Below, one piece after another: positions 1 through 10,679 of a DNA stretch of 59,700 bases (the first letter of the stretch is position 1; the number at the start of each line of letters is the position of its first letter). The translations under genes were made by a program, and so were the position numbers. Below the pieces are notes generated by a model that had not been told where the DNA came from, did not search any database, and saw only the letters and a list, made by a program, of their open reading frames with translations. The stretch lies in contig JBDGQN010000070.1 of the NCBI GenBank assembly GCA_042219055.1, positions 1 to 59,700 of the forward strand, read 5' to 3'. The stretch is from Salinibacter sp. GTDB taxonomy: Bacteria; Bacteroidota; Rhodothermia; Rhodothermales; Salinibacteraceae.

Positions 1-558
1 GGCCTGCGTGTAGTCAAAGAGCCAATCCTTCTGCACCAGAGGGGGGGGAGCGCCTTTCCGAGACGTGGTCACACGGCCCTGTTTCACCGAGACGCGGGCG
101 AGGGTTAGGGCGAGCGACCAGCTCGAATCAGACGGAGTGCGTCGCTGGAGGGCGCGGGCCAAGTTCCAGGTGCCCGTTGAATCTCGGTGGAGCGACAGAT
201 GCGGTCGTACGAGCGTGAGAGTTTGCACTGATAACTCGGCGGTCAGGAGGTTGGCCCAGCGGGGCGTGGCGTGGATCGAGTCCACGGACACCACTACCTC
301 TCCCGACGGTGTGCGCACCTGCACGTCGGTGGCCACGAGGTCGTTGATGAAGATGCCTTGGAGGGTCCCGATTGAGAGCGTTCCCGCAAACTGCCGGTTA
401 AAGGCCGTTTCGACTCGTGTTCGGATGCTGTCCCGCCCTACCTGAGTACGAGTAAAGCCTACGAAGAGGATGATTCCCACCAGGATGACGGCAATCCCAA
501 CCTGGAGCGCGCGCCACAGGGGCTGCGACAGGGAACGTTGAGAGGAGGAGGTTGGCAC
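1..558 (-). CDS. TamB/AsmA-like translocation and assembly module protein, N-terminal part (continues beyond left edge)
   Basis: Not in the ORF track. Read by hand from GTG at 558 with no stop to the edge: MPTSSSQRSLSQPLWRALQVGIAVILVGIILFVGFTRTQVGRDSIRTRVETAFNRQFAGTLSIGTLQG... An N-terminal TM anchor followed by an AsmA/TamB-like beta-rich region. Confidence 0.65.
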   Translation of the reverse strand, partial: MPTSSSQRSLSQPLWRALQVGIAVILVGIILFVGFTRTQVGRDSIRTRVETAFNRQFAGTLSIGTLQGIFINDLVATDVQVRTPSGEVVVSVDSIHATPRWANLLTAELSVQTLTLVRPHLSLHRDSTGTWNLARALQRRTPSDSSWSLALTLARVSVKQGRVTTSRKGAPPPLVQKDWLFDYTQA

Positions 559-648
559 AGTGAATCAGCAGCGATGGGGGCGGACGATTGCCCCGTCTCG
601 TTGAAGACGGATGCTAAATCTTTCACACGACTGAAGCGAGACCGCGTT

Positions 649-1731
649 TCAGGGAGAACAGGCAAAGGCCCATGCCTGTCGGGCCTCCTCTTTCGACACC
701 TCGCTCGTCAGGTACGCCTGCCCGAGACGCTCCAAAAGCACAAAGCGGATCGTGTTGCTCCTGTTTTTCTTGTCCACCGACATCGCCTCGTGGAGCGCGT
801 CGAATGAGATGCTCGTAGGATCTCCTTCGACCGGAAGAGCGGCTACCACGTGATCGAGCCGATCCCGGTCGAGCGCCTCGGGATGGCGCCGATGTGAGAG
901 GTAGAGAGCGGCCCGCATGCCGAGGGCGACAGCCTCACCGTGCGTGAAGACCCCGTATCCGGCCACGCGTTCGAGGGCGTGGGCAAAAGTGTGCCCGAAA
1001 TTGAGAATCGCTCGCCGTCCCTCCTCTCGCTCGTCGGCGCTCACCACCTCGGCCTTCACCTGGACGGCCTGCTCGATGACGGTGGACACGAGGGAGCGGT
1101 CTTTGTAGGTCATCACCGGCACCAGGTGGTCTTCGATCGTTTCGAAGAGCAGAGGGTCGTAAATCAGGGCGTGCTTGACCACCTCGGCCATACCGCTTGT
1201 GTACTCGCGCATCGGCAGGGTATCGAGGGTCGCCGGGTCGGCGCAGACGAACTGCGGCTGGTAGAAGGCGCCGATTAGATTCTTCCCGGTGGCGTGATTG
1301 ATCGCTGTCTTCCCCCCGACGGAGGCGTCGACCTGGGCAAGGAGGGAGGTGGGCAACTGTACGAGCGGAAGGCCCCGCAGGAGGGTGGCAGCGGCAAATC
1401 CGGCCAGATCGCCGATGACGCCCCCGCCGAGTGCGAACACCGGGGTCTGGCGGTCGAGCCCCCAGTCGAGCGCCTCGTCGTAAATCGTGTGCAGGCACCC
1501 GGCCGATTTCGTTTGCTCACCGGGTGGAAGTGTGAGGGAACGGACCGTCCAGCCGGCGGTGGAGAGTTGTTCTGCCAGGGGCGTGCGGTAATGTGCCGCG
1601 ACATTTTCGTCCGTCACCAGGAGGCACCGGCCCACCCGCAAGCCGCTGTTCGCAAGCAGTGTGGGGAGAGTCGAAAGGGACTGGAAGTGAACGGTGTAGC
1701 TCCGATCCCCAAGATTGACGTCTACGGCCAT
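649..1731 (-). CDS. aroB: 3-dehydroquinate synthase
   Basis: Motifs ALGGGVIGDLAGF, PTSLLAQVDASVGGKTAIN, LNFGHTFAHALE, HGEAVALG. Confidence 0.97.
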   Translation of the reverse strand: MAVDVNLGDRSYTVHFQSLSTLPTLLANSGLRVGRCLLVTDENVAAHYRTPLAEQLSTAGWTVRSLTLPPGEQTKSAGCLHTIYDEALDWGLDRQTPVFALGGGVIGDLAGFAAATLLRGLPLVQLPTSLLAQVDASVGGKTAINHATGKNLIGAFYQPQFVCADPATLDTLPMREYTSGMAEVVKHALIYDPLLFETIEDHLVPVMTYKDRSLVSTVIEQAVQVKAEVVSADEREEGRRAILNFGHTFAHALERVAGYGVFTHGEAVALGMRAALYLSHRRHPEALDRDRLDHVVAALPVEGDPTSISFDALHEAMSVDKKNRSNTIRFVLLERLGQAYLTSEVSKEEARQAWAFACSP

Positions 1732-1960
1732 GGCGTCGTTGGATAGGTGAACAAACGCATTTCCCTCACGGGTATTCCGACTGCAAGTTCATCGTCCGCG
1801 GAGAATTCGAACCGCCATCGATTCTGTGTTCGACCGGCGTCACCCTGTCATTACCGGCTTCCGTCCCCTGCGGTGGGACCCATCCACATGCGTCTATGTA
1901 TGCACCCCGCTGGTTACGCCCCTCGGACACGGTGACGCTCAACTGGTTTTGCGTGTCGTC

Positions 1961-2551
1961 ATGCCGATTCCTCCGATTCTGGATGCGGCCCACGCGCTCG
2001 CGGCCCGCGGCCTGGGCGCGGGGGAGCTTGCTGTTGACGCCACAGTGGGCAACGGTCACGACACGCTCTTTCTGGTGCGAGAAGTCGGAGAAGGGGGACG
2101 GGTTGTGGGATTCGATGTCCAGGCCGATGCCCTGCAGGCGACCCGTGAGCGGGTCCGTTCGGAGGCTCCGGAGGCTGCCGGTCGGCTGCGGCTCATCCGC
2201 GGCGGGCACGAGCAAATGCTGGAGCACATCGGAGAAGAAGAGGCGGGGAGCGTAGGCGCGGTCATGTTCAATCTTGGCTACCTCCCGGGGGGCGATCACT
2301 CGATCACGACCGAGCCGGGGACGACCCTGGAGGCCCTTGGGGCCGCCCTCGAACTGTTGCGACCGGGAGGGATCGTTACGGTCGTGGCTTATCCTGGACA
2401 CGAGGGAGGCGCGGTTGAGACCGAGGCAGTGGCCGAATGGGGCTCAGCGCTTCCACAGGGGGCCTTTCGGGTTCTTTCGTACCACTTCGTGAACCAGGCA
2501 AACGATGCCCCCCGTCTCTTTGCGGTCGAAAAGCGCTTGAAGTCAGGATAA
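1961..2551 (+). CDS. Class I SAM-dependent methyltransferase (YtqB/putative rRNA methylase family)
   Basis: VDATVGNGHDTLFL, FDVQ, AVMFNLGYLPGGD, YPGHEGG. Start taken at ATG 1961. Confidence 0.88.
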   Translation: MPIPPILDAAHALAARGLGAGELAVDATVGNGHDTLFLVREVGEGGRVVGFDVQADALQATRERVRSEAPEAAGRLRLIRGGHEQMLEHIGEEEAGSVGAVMFNLGYLPGGDHSITTEPGTTLEALGAALELLRPGGIVTVVAYPGHEGGAVETEAVAEWGSALPQGAFRVLSYHFVNQANDAPRLFAVEKRLKSG

Positions 2552-2613
2552 GAGCATCATCCCACAGGTAACGGGCCCTGGAAGGCTCGAACGAAATGCC
2601 TCAAAACCCGGCT

Positions 2614-3387
2614 ATGTGCCTGATCCTCTTCGCGCAGGACGCTCATCCGGACTATCCGCTCGTCTTTGCGGGCAATCGGGACGAGTTCTACGATCGCCCC
2701 ACGGCCCCCGCGGCCTTCTGGGACGACGCCCCACACGTGTTGGGCGGACGGGACCTGGAAGCGGGTGGCACGTGGCTGGGGGTCACGCGGCACGGCTACT
2801 GGGCCACCGTTACCAACGTGCGGGATCAAATGTCGCATCGAGAGGACGCGCCGTCTCGGGGTCACCTCGTCGCGGAGTACCTGACGGAGGAGCCTGAGCC
2901 GACCGCCTACCTTGAATCCGTTCAGGCCCGGGCCGACGACTACAACGGATTCAATCTGATTGTGGGAACGCCGAGGCTGACGTGCTTCTTTTCCAATCGA
3001 AACGGTCCGCCTCGCGAGGTCGACTCCGGGGTGCACGGCATGAGCAATGCCCAGCTCGACGACCCGTGGCCGAAGGTGGAGCGGGGAACGACCCGGATAC
3101 GGACTGTGCTGGAGAACGAAGTGACGCCCGCACCCCTGCTGGACCTTCTCAACGACCGCACCCCGGCGCCCGACGATGCACTACCCGACACGGGCGTGGG
3201 ACTCGAAACGGAGCGCATGCTTTCCTCCCCGTTCATTGAGAGCACGTCCTACGGAACGCGGGCCTCTACCGTATTCCTTCTGCACAGCAGCGGGACTCTC
3301 ACCTTTGTCGAGCGGACGTTCGATCGAGGCATCCCAGCCGATACGAACCACTACTCCTTCGAAATTACGCCGACGTCGCCCGCCTGA
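2614..3387 (+). CDS. NRDE/TANGO2 family protein
   Basis: N-terminal MCLI, NRDEFYDRP, GGTWLG, YGTRAST. Confidence 0.93.
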   Translation: MCLILFAQDAHPDYPLVFAGNRDEFYDRPTAPAAFWDDAPHVLGGRDLEAGGTWLGVTRHGYWATVTNVRDQMSHREDAPSRGHLVAEYLTEEPEPTAYLESVQARADDYNGFNLIVGTPRLTCFFSNRNGPPREVDSGVHGMSNAQLDDPWPKVERGTTRIRTVLENEVTPAPLLDLLNDRTPAPDDALPDTGVGLETERMLSSPFIESTSYGTRASTVFLLHSSGTLTFVERTFDRGIPADTNHYSFEITPTSPA

Positions 3388-3447
3388 GCGGAACGTCCGA
3401 CTCCTCCTCGTTTGCCTCTTGCCCATCACACGCCTCTTTCCGTACCG

Positions 3448-4674
3448 ATGCCGTTCGAAACGCTTCACTTCGAAAACCCCGACGGAGACGCCCTCGCCGC
3501 TCGCCTCGATCTGCCCGAGGGAGAACCGCCGTGTGCGTTTGCTCTTTTTGCCCACTGCTTCACCTGTTCGAAGGACCTGCGGGCTGTCGGGGCGATCAGC
3601 CGGGCCCTCAATCGGCAAAGCATTGCCGTGCTTCGTTTCGACTTTACGGGGCTCGGAGAGAGTGAAGGCGACTTTGCGGATACCAACTTCTCGTCCAACG
3701 TCGACGACCTCGTGGCGGCGGCCGACTACTTGACTGAGCACTACGAGGCCCCGCGCATTCTGGTTGGGCACTCGCTTGGCGGGGCCGCAGTCCTTCAGAC
3801 CGCCCACCGAATCGAGGCCGCAGAGGCGGTTGCCACGATTGCGGCGCCCCACGACCCCGGGCACGTAACCCATCTCCTTGATGATGCGGTAGAGGACATT
3901 CGGGCCAAGGGAGAGGCCCAGATTACTCTTGCTGGACGCACCTTTACGATCCGGAAGCAGTTCTTGGATGATTTGGCCGCCACCCAGATGGACGAGACGA
4001 TCGGCACCCTCGATCAGGCGCTCATGATTTTCCACTCGCCCGTCGATCAAACCGTGGGGGTTGACAATGCCGCCAAGATCTTCCAGGCCGCCAAACATCC
4101 CAAGAGCTTCATTTCGCTCGATGACGCCGATCATCTGCTCACGACGCCGTCGGATGCGGAGTACGTGGGGGACACGCTCGGGGCCTGGGCCGGGAAGTAC
4201 GTCGATCGCTCGCGCACAGCCCCGGAGCATCCGGAGGGACAGGTGACGACCCGCACCCGTGAGGCCTATCGGACCGAGATTCAAGCGGGGCGCCACAGCC
4301 TCGTTGCCGATGAGCCTCAAGACGTCGGGGGCGATGATACGGGCCCCTCCCCGTATGATTATCTCCTCATGGCCCTCGGTAGTTGCACCGGCATGACGCT
4401 CCGCATGTATGCCGATCGTAAGGAGTGGCCCCTCGACAAAACCATCGTGCGGCTTTCTCACGACCGCATCCACGCGAAAGAGTGCGAAGACTGTGAGACT
4501 GGGGATGGACGGATCGACCACGTGACGCGCGAGATTGACGTCCGGGGAGATCTGACTGAGTCCCAGCGCGAGCGCCTCCTCGAAATCGCCAACAAGTGCC
4601 CCGTCCACCGGACCCTTCACAGTGAGGTGAAGGTTGACTCAACCCTGCGTGAGGAGGGAGAAGAGGGAGCGTGA
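3448..4674 (+). CDS. Bifunctional alpha/beta hydrolase - OsmC family protein
   Basis: FAHCFTCSK, GHSLGG nucleophile elbow, C-terminal OsmC motifs ALGSCT and IANKCPVHRTL. Confidence 0.93.
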   Translation: MPFETLHFENPDGDALAARLDLPEGEPPCAFALFAHCFTCSKDLRAVGAISRALNRQSIAVLRFDFTGLGESEGDFADTNFSSNVDDLVAAADYLTEHYEAPRILVGHSLGGAAVLQTAHRIEAAEAVATIAAPHDPGHVTHLLDDAVEDIRAKGEAQITLAGRTFTIRKQFLDDLAATQMDETIGTLDQALMIFHSPVDQTVGVDNAAKIFQAAKHPKSFISLDDADHLLTTPSDAEYVGDTLGAWAGKYVDRSRTAPEHPEGQVTTRTREAYRTEIQAGRHSLVADEPQDVGGDDTGPSPYDYLLMALGSCTGMTLRMYADRKEWPLDKTIVRLSHDRIHAKECEDCETGDGRIDHVTREIDVRGDLTESQRERLLEIANKCPVHRTLHSEVKVDSTLREEGEEGA

Positions 4675-4870
4675 GCAGTGCGGACGGAAGCGAATTGTCA
4701 TGTTTCCGAAGCGCCCACGGTTTTTGCTCCCGCGCTCTATTCTCCACACTCACACCCTAGGTCTCCACGGGGTGTCCTTCGTCGAGAACTCACAGGTTCC
4801 CCGTGGTCGATTCCATGCCTGCCTCTGAACCTGATTCAGCGACTGTCATTAAAAGAGGCAGCTTCTCGCA

Positions 4871-4944
4871 CGGGACGTGGCGCAGCTCGGTAGCGCACAT
4901 GTATGGGGTACATGAGGTCGCGGGTTCAAATCCCGCCGTCCCGA
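4871..4944 (+). tRNA. tRNA-Pro (anticodon GGG)
   Basis: Cloverleaf: acceptor CGGGACG/CGTCCCG, D arm GCGC/GCGC, anticodon stem CATGT/ACATG with loop AT-GGG-GT, T arm GCGGG-TTCAAAT-CCCGC. Confidence 0.97.
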
Positions 4945-5080
4945 CTCCAGGATGCTCGAGGGCCGTTCCTTCCTGTTCGGGTGGGAACGGCCCTTTCTGT
5001 TGCGGGTTTGGCGAAATAGCGTCCTAGCGTCCCCGTCCTTCCAGCATTTTTGGGACCTGTTCCCCAGCGTGCCCGTCGCC

Positions 5081-6316
5081 ATGACCGACGAGCCGGACAC
5101 CAGTGCCCGAGAGCGGTTTTCCCGAGACCTTCGCCGGATCCGAGAGGAGCGGGAGGTCTCCTTCTCGACCCTGCTTGAGGCCACGCAGGTTCCGGAGTCC
5201 CGCCTCCAGGCTTTCGAGGACGGACTCCTTTATGAGGAGTCTCGGATGAACGTCGTCTATTTGAAGGCCTTCGTCCGCACTTATGCGGAAACCGTCGGGC
5301 TTTCTCCGGACTCTGTCGTGGCTCATCTGGAGGCGGCTCTGTCGGGGGACTACCAGAACCAGCTTGCCGTTGAGTATCTGGACGCGTCTCCCTCGGCGAT
5401 GGGCTCTGCGTCGACCTCTGAGGAGGATTCCGTCCCGTCCGACGCAGAAACGACGGGACAGAGTGAGGATCCCCCCCAGGACTCAGACTCGTCTCCAACG
5501 AGGGGATCGGAAGAAGACTCTACGGCGGAGGTCCACACGGGAGAGTCGAACGATGCCCCCGTCGATCCGGGAGGCGAGAGGGGAGCAGAGGCCGTTGGTG
5601 GAGATCCGGCCCTGAGCCGCGACCAAAGTCCTTCTGCGAAGTCGACTGCCACTGGGCTCGGGATCGATGCCGTTCGGACGGGAGGGAATGGACCCTCGGA
5701 GTATTTGAGACCCCTCCTGTATGTTGCTTCAACCATCGGCCTCTTGGCCCTAAGTGCGTGGGGCATAGCGACTTATGTTTTCACCACCGACTCTCCATCC
5801 GGTCCCCCGCTTCAGACCAGGACCGACGGAAGCTCAGTAAAGCAGACGACGGACACGACTCAATCGGCAGACACTGCACGCGTTGACTCCGTACGAGCAA
5901 CTGACGCAGTTGCCAGTTCATCCTCCGCACAGATGTCGTCCCCTCCCCGTCTGGTAGGGGACACGATGTACGTGACGGTGGTCGCAACCTCAGTCGTTCG
6001 CGAGATGCGGGTGCAGCAAGACGACGATCTTCGACGTCCGTACTGGATTGAGGAAGGAAAGGCGTTGGTCTTCCCGTTTACCCGCCGAATCACGATCCAG
6101 AATCAACTGGACAGCCTGCGTCTTCTTCTTGAGCGTTATCCGTACCCCACGACCCATACGGACGCCGAGGGACGGGTCGTAATTACTCGCGACACTGTCC
6201 GAGACTTTGCGGACACCCTCCGAAGTCCTCCGCTGTCCATCTCGGCCTCGCCCGACACTGTGCAGATTGGGAGTACACCGTCCGCTTCTTCGGACACCAC
6301 TGACGGAACGCCGTAG
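5081..6316 (+). CDS. RodZ-like protein (N-terminal HTH, acidic linker, single TM helix, periplasmic domain)
   Basis: LRRIREER...YLKAFVRTYAETVGL (HTH_25-like) and TM segment LLYVASTIGLLALSAWGIATYVF. Confidence 0.8.
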   Translation: MTDEPDTSARERFSRDLRRIREEREVSFSTLLEATQVPESRLQAFEDGLLYEESRMNVVYLKAFVRTYAETVGLSPDSVVAHLEAALSGDYQNQLAVEYLDASPSAMGSASTSEEDSVPSDAETTGQSEDPPQDSDSSPTRGSEEDSTAEVHTGESNDAPVDPGGERGAEAVGGDPALSRDQSPSAKSTATGLGIDAVRTGGNGPSEYLRPLLYVASTIGLLALSAWGIATYVFTTDSPSGPPLQTRTDGSSVKQTTDTTQSADTARVDSVRATDAVASSSSAQMSSPPRLVGDTMYVTVVATSVVREMRVQQDDDLRRPYWIEEGKALVFPFTRRITIQNQLDSLRLLLERYPYPTTHTDAEGRVVITRDTVRDFADTLRSPPLSISASPDTVQIGSTPSASSDTTDGTP

Positions 6317-6446
6317 CCACGAGACTCGAACGAAGGGGAGCAGGATCCTCATCCCCCTGATACGCATTCAGGTCTTTCTCGACCTCCTTGCAGATTGATT
6401 CAGCAAGGAACGACGCCTGCAACAGCCATTGGCTCTCAGGTTTATC

Positions 6447-9089
6447 ATGGGACTCCTTGAGTTCTTCGGCTGGAGTCGTCGGAAGCCGCAGCCCGTGGGC
6501 CACGACCTCGAATCAAAAGGCCGGTCCGACGACGAGAAGGCCTGGCAGAAGTGGCTTCTACGCGGAGGACTGTTTCTGGCCCTCACGGCTCTTACCGTGG
6601 CTGCTTTTCCTCGTGGCGATTTTTACGAGTACACGGTGGAAGTGGGGGACACCTGGCGGCAGGCCACTCTCACCGCGCCCTATGACTTCCCCGTGTATCT
6701 CAATGAGGATCGCGTCCAAGCCCGACGCGATACCGTGCGGAAAAATACTCCGCCGTACTTTGAGAAGGTGCAAAATGCCCGACAGCGCTTGGCGGCCAAC
6801 CGGGACACGCTTCGACGACAACTCAACCGCATCCTGGACGCGTACGCGAGCTACCGATACCATCAGCAGCGAGGGGAGACGAAAGCGGCACGAACCGATT
6901 CGATTCGTTATGTAAAGCGTCGTCGCAATGCCCTGGTCACCCTCAGTGCCTCTCAGTGGAAGTACCTGGCCAACCAGTACTTTCAGGAAGTGCAGAACCT
7001 GTCGGCGCAGTCTCGAGGTGTGCAACAAGAGCAAACTCAACTTCACGAGCGCCTGCTTAACACTGCCTTCAATGTCGGGGTTCAGCTGCTGGGAGTGGGG
7101 GTTATGGACCGCCCCAGAGACTCCATTGTGACCCAGAAAGTCATTGTGCGAAATGAGGAGGATCAAACCCAGCGGGCGGTCAACAAAAAGCGGCTCTATG
7201 GGCTCAACGGAGCCTTCGACTACGCAGAGCGTCAGTTTGAGAACATCTTCGCCCAAAACCGTGAGCACGTTCGGATCGCGAGGTCGTTCTACCGGGCCAT
7301 TTTTGAGCCCTCTCTCCGGTACATGCGGAAAGAAACAATGCAAGAGCGAAACCGCCGGGCCAGCAATGTGACCGCCATTCAAGGCGGAGTAGAGGAGGGC
7401 GAGCCCATCGTTCGGAAAGGACAGCGGATTACTCGAGAGATCAAACGGAAGCTTACCTCCCTCCAGAAAGCGAAAAGCAACCGGTTGGGCTCCAACATCG
7501 TGTGGAAGCAGTTGAGCGGGGAGATTCTCTTCACGCTCTTGGGATTCGGGTTTTTCTTCTTCTACCTGTATCTCCTCCGGCCCCAAATCTGGAGCGATGA
7601 CCGCGACCTGCTTCTGATTGCGGTGATTCTGGGCTTCATCGTCGCCCTCTATGGGATTGTCATTCGGGCGCCGTGGTCCCTGTACGTGGTGCCCGTGGCT
7701 CTGGCCTCGGTTCTGCTTACCATCATCTTCAACTCCCGGATTGCCCTCTTTGGAACGTTGATTCTCGCCTTTACGGGTGGGCAAATGCTAGGGTTGGACT
7801 TGGAGTATACCCTTGCCACATTCTTTGCGGGTGCGTTCGGGACTTTTAGTGTTCGCGACATCAAGAACCGGGGACAGTTCTTTGTTAGCGGAGGGCTGGT
7901 GTTTGTCGGGTACTTTTTTGTGCTGGCTGGGACCTGGCTCTACATTGACCTCCCCATCGGCCGCGTTCTGCCCGATCTCGGCTACGCGGCCATCGCGTCC
8001 GCTATTACCATCACCTCTTCGCTCTTCTTGTGGGCGCTGGAGCGCATTTTCGACATTACCACCGATCTCACGCTACTCGAGCTTTCAGATACCAACAGCC
8101 CTCTTCTCAAGAAGCTCAGTCTTCAGGCCCCAGGGTCGTTCAACCACTCCTTACAGGTCGCAAATCTTGCCGAGGCCGCTGCTGATCGCATTGGTGCCCA
8201 CACTCTTTTGACCCGAGTGGGGGCGCTTTATCACGACATCGGGAAGATGAAGAAACCGGAGTACTTCGTCGAGAATCAACGGGGACGGTCCAATCCGCAC
8301 GACCAGCTCGAACCTCGAATGAGCAGCCTGATCGTGGCGAGTCACGTAAAGCAGGGACTGGAGATGGGTCGAGAGGAGAAGTTGCCGGAACAGGTGCTCA
8401 AGTTTATTCCCATGCACCACGGGACGGCCCGAATCGAGTACTTTTACCGTCGAGCCCTAAGCCAGGCCGAAGGGACCGACCGGTCGGTCCCTGAGTCAGA
8501 GTTTCGTTATCCCGGTCCAAAACCGGACTCGAAGGAGACGGGAATTTTGATGCTTGCGGACTCGGTGGAAGCGGCGAGCCGCAGCCTCGATGATCCCTCG
8601 CCTCGGCGTCTCGAAAACCTCATTGACCTCCTCTTCCGCGAACGAATCGATGACGGGCAGCTTGACAATACAGACCTGACGTTCCGGGACCTCAGCCTCA
8701 TCAAGGATACGTTCCTGAAGATGCTTCTCGGCATCTACCACGTGCGAGTCAAGTATCCCGATCAGGAAGAGGACACGGAGGACACCGAGTTCGAGGTCGT
8801 CTCTCTCGTTGCAGAATCGCCTTACGCTAACATTTCGGCTATGTACGACCGGGATGCATGGGGCGCGTGGATCCGGCCGGCGGATGAGGAGCGCCCCGTT
8901 TCTCCCAAAGAGCCGCGGCCGCAGCTTGCGGAGGCATCTCCGCACTCTGGAGGGGATGGGTTCTCTCAAGATAATGTCCCGAAGTCTGACGACTCGGAGA
9001 AAAACGGAGGACGTGAGGATCCTCCAGCCGAAGACTCGGCCGTTCCTCAAACGCCCAACGAGCCGACTGCGGAGAAGGACGGGGAGTAG
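6447..9089 (+). CDS. 7TM-HD (HDIG) phosphohydrolase, PgpH-like
   Basis: Extracellular domain, multiple TM helices, APGSFNHSLQVANLAE, YHDIGK, HHGT, MLADSVEAASR. Confidence 0.93.
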   Translation: MGLLEFFGWSRRKPQPVGHDLESKGRSDDEKAWQKWLLRGGLFLALTALTVAAFPRGDFYEYTVEVGDTWRQATLTAPYDFPVYLNEDRVQARRDTVRKNTPPYFEKVQNARQRLAANRDTLRRQLNRILDAYASYRYHQQRGETKAARTDSIRYVKRRRNALVTLSASQWKYLANQYFQEVQNLSAQSRGVQQEQTQLHERLLNTAFNVGVQLLGVGVMDRPRDSIVTQKVIVRNEEDQTQRAVNKKRLYGLNGAFDYAERQFENIFAQNREHVRIARSFYRAIFEPSLRYMRKETMQERNRRASNVTAIQGGVEEGEPIVRKGQRITREIKRKLTSLQKAKSNRLGSNIVWKQLSGEILFTLLGFGFFFFYLYLLRPQIWSDDRDLLLIAVILGFIVALYGIVIRAPWSLYVVPVALASVLLTIIFNSRIALFGTLILAFTGGQMLGLDLEYTLATFFAGAFGTFSVRDIKNRGQFFVSGGLVFVGYFFVLAGTWLYIDLPIGRVLPDLGYAAIASAITITSSLFLWALERIFDITTDLTLLELSDTNSPLLKKLSLQAPGSFNHSLQVANLAEAAADRIGAHTLLTRVGALYHDIGKMKKPEYFVENQRGRSNPHDQLEPRMSSLIVASHVKQGLEMGREEKLPEQVLKFIPMHHGTARIEYFYRRALSQAEGTDRSVPESEFRYPGPKPDSKETGILMLADSVEAASRSLDDPSPRRLENLIDLLFRERIDDGQLDNTDLTFRDLSLIKDTFLKMLLGIYHVRVKYPDQEEDTEDTEFEVVSLVAESPYANISAMYDRDAWGAWIRPADEERPVSPKEPRPQLAEASPHSGGDGFSQDNVPKSDDSEKNGGREDPPAEDSAVPQTPNEPTAEKDGE

Positions 9090-9110
9090 GCCTCCGGACT
9101 TACAGTGACA

Positions 9111-10040
9111 CTATGCAGGTACGGCGTCGGCAATGGCCTCAATGGAGTTCTGGCTCACCAGGACCTTCAGTTCTTCGAAGCTGTGGATGGACTCATCCAG
9201 AAATGGTCGCAGACGACGCTGACTGGCAGGGGTGGCGAGAAGTAAGTCCGTCTCCTTAACGAAGCCCTGTAAGTGATCGGCTCCCTGGTCGATGGACGCG
9301 GCAATGATCTGCCCGTCATATGCCGTTTCCGTTCGGAGGTCCTCCGAAAGGGGGGGAATTGTATCCTGGTAGCGTGTAACGAGTCCGAGCGTTTCCTCGT
9401 CACGAAGCCGCGTGACCGATTCGAGCACTTGAGCGGGAAGATGGGTCGTAAACCCGAGCGTGTCGGTTCGCGAGAGAGTCTCCAGAACTTTCGTGAGATA
9501 GGGGTATGGGGTAAAGGCAAAGTCGGCATCCATGTGCCGGTCCATCTGGGAAAAGGGAACCGGCAGGATCGTTTTTTGAAGGGCCGTTCCGAGTTGGTCG
9601 GCACACAGCCGGTTCAGTTCGGGGTGGGGGCCCACAGAAATCAGCTTTCGTTCGAGGCCAGCATGGTCTAGCAGGGTGGCCTGTTCCTGAAAAAGGGATT
9701 CGATCTCGGCGTCACTCAGGCCCAGGCCCACGAGCTGCTGCAGGGTGTCGTTGACCACTTTTGCTCCCCGTTCCATTCGTTCGCTCTTGGCAAGAGGAGT
9801 GCGTTCTTCTACCGTGTACCCGCTCCCAATCCGGGAGCTGAGCAACCCTTCCTCTTCGAGCTCCTGATAGGCCTTCCGGACGGTGTGGAAGGAGATATCG
9901 AGTTGGTCGCCTAACGACCGAGTCGACGGAAGGGTATCGTTGACGTCAAAGTGTCCAGAGGCAATCAGGTAGCGGAGCTGGTTGATGAGTTGCTTCCGGA
10001 CGGGGGTGTTCGCGTCGCGGTCAACTTGAAGCCTCGACAT
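9111..10040 (-). CDS. GntR family transcriptional regulator with extended C-terminal domain
   Basis: QLINQLRYLIASG...LPSTRSLGDQLDISFHTVRKAYQELEEEG. True start MSRLQVD at 10040; the upstream extension in the ORF track overlaps the next gene. Confidence 0.88.
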   Translation of the reverse strand: MSRLQVDRDANTPVRKQLINQLRYLIASGHFDVNDTLPSTRSLGDQLDISFHTVRKAYQELEEEGLLSSRIGSGYTVEERTPLAKSERMERGAKVVNDTLQQLVGLGLSDAEIESLFQEQATLLDHAGLERKLISVGPHPELNRLCADQLGTALQKTILPVPFSQMDRHMDADFAFTPYPYLTKVLETLSRTDTLGFTTHLPAQVLESVTRLRDEETLGLVTRYQDTIPPLSEDLRTETAYDGQIIAASIDQGADHLQGFVKETDLLLATPASQRRLRPFLDESIHSFEELKVLVSQNSIEAIADAVPA

Positions 10041-10114
10041 GGCCGTTTGGTTTCCGTTATTGCAAGATAAAACCAATAAATCAATTTTCCGGTTCAAGAC
10101 GCTGGATCGTGGGG

Positions 10115-10594
10115 TCAGGTCGGGAGGGAGGAACCCGTCGGCTGTGCCGATTTCTGTGTAAATGAGCGCCGGGCAGTGTCGCAGAGCGTTTCGTACTCGT
10201 GCCACTGCTTGGGAGTCATTTCGTAGGTCGTACGCCCCACCGATAGCTCCAGGTGCCAGGAGGTCGTCCGAACGTTGAAAATGGGCTTCCAGTCGAGCGG
10301 CTGATTCTGGAGAACGTCGTACACACTCCGGAGTGCGGCCTGCCCAGACCGAAATCCTACCTCGGCCACCGTGCGGGACATTGAAAAGTGCGTCCACACG
10401 GTTGCCAAGGCGATGGCCGCAGGCAGTCCCCACACGAGGTACGGAAGCACAGGCGTTCCCAGAAGAGCAGACATCGTAGCCCCAATCATGAGGGGAATCG
10501 TGCACACGCCCAAGGGACGCGCGAGAAACCGCGTGTACACGATTCCCCATGGGGTATTCCCAGGATGATACGTGCTCTTGAACGTAGTGGGCAC
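10115..10594 (-). CDS. Hypothetical membrane protein (2 TM helices plus soluble C-terminal domain)
   Basis: Two hydrophobic segments; fills the gap between pruA and the GntR gene on the same strand. Confidence 0.7.
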   Translation of the reverse strand: MPTTFKSTYHPGNTPWGIVYTRFLARPLGVCTIPLMIGATMSALLGTPVLPYLVWGLPAAIALATVWTHFSMSRTVAEVGFRSGQAALRSVYDVLQNQPLDWKPIFNVRTTSWHLELSVGRTTYEMTPKQWHEYETLCDTARRSFTQKSAQPTGSSLPT

Positions 10595-10679
10595 GTTGCG
10601 GAAGGAGAGTGCGGCGGATCATCGCCGCCCCTGATCCCAATTACCAGTGGAGCTGCTGGATATCTGGAGAGCTGCCCTG

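Noticed and set aside
3181-4620. Long antisense ORFs (e.g. 3181-4620 -, 6558-7784 -, 35967-37607 +, 47504-48799 +)
   Set aside because: Shadow frames of well-supported genes in GC-rich DNA; no recognisable motifs.
4871-4944. tRNA-Pro as the source of the att fragment at 45816
   Set aside because: Its 3' end (CCCGCCGTCCCGA) does not match AGTCCCCCCGGGCCTAC, and its flanks are core genes.
10041-10640. 200-aa N-terminal extension of the GntR ORF in the track
   Set aside because: Overlaps the separate 10115-10594 gene in another frame; the GntR domain starts at ATG 10040.
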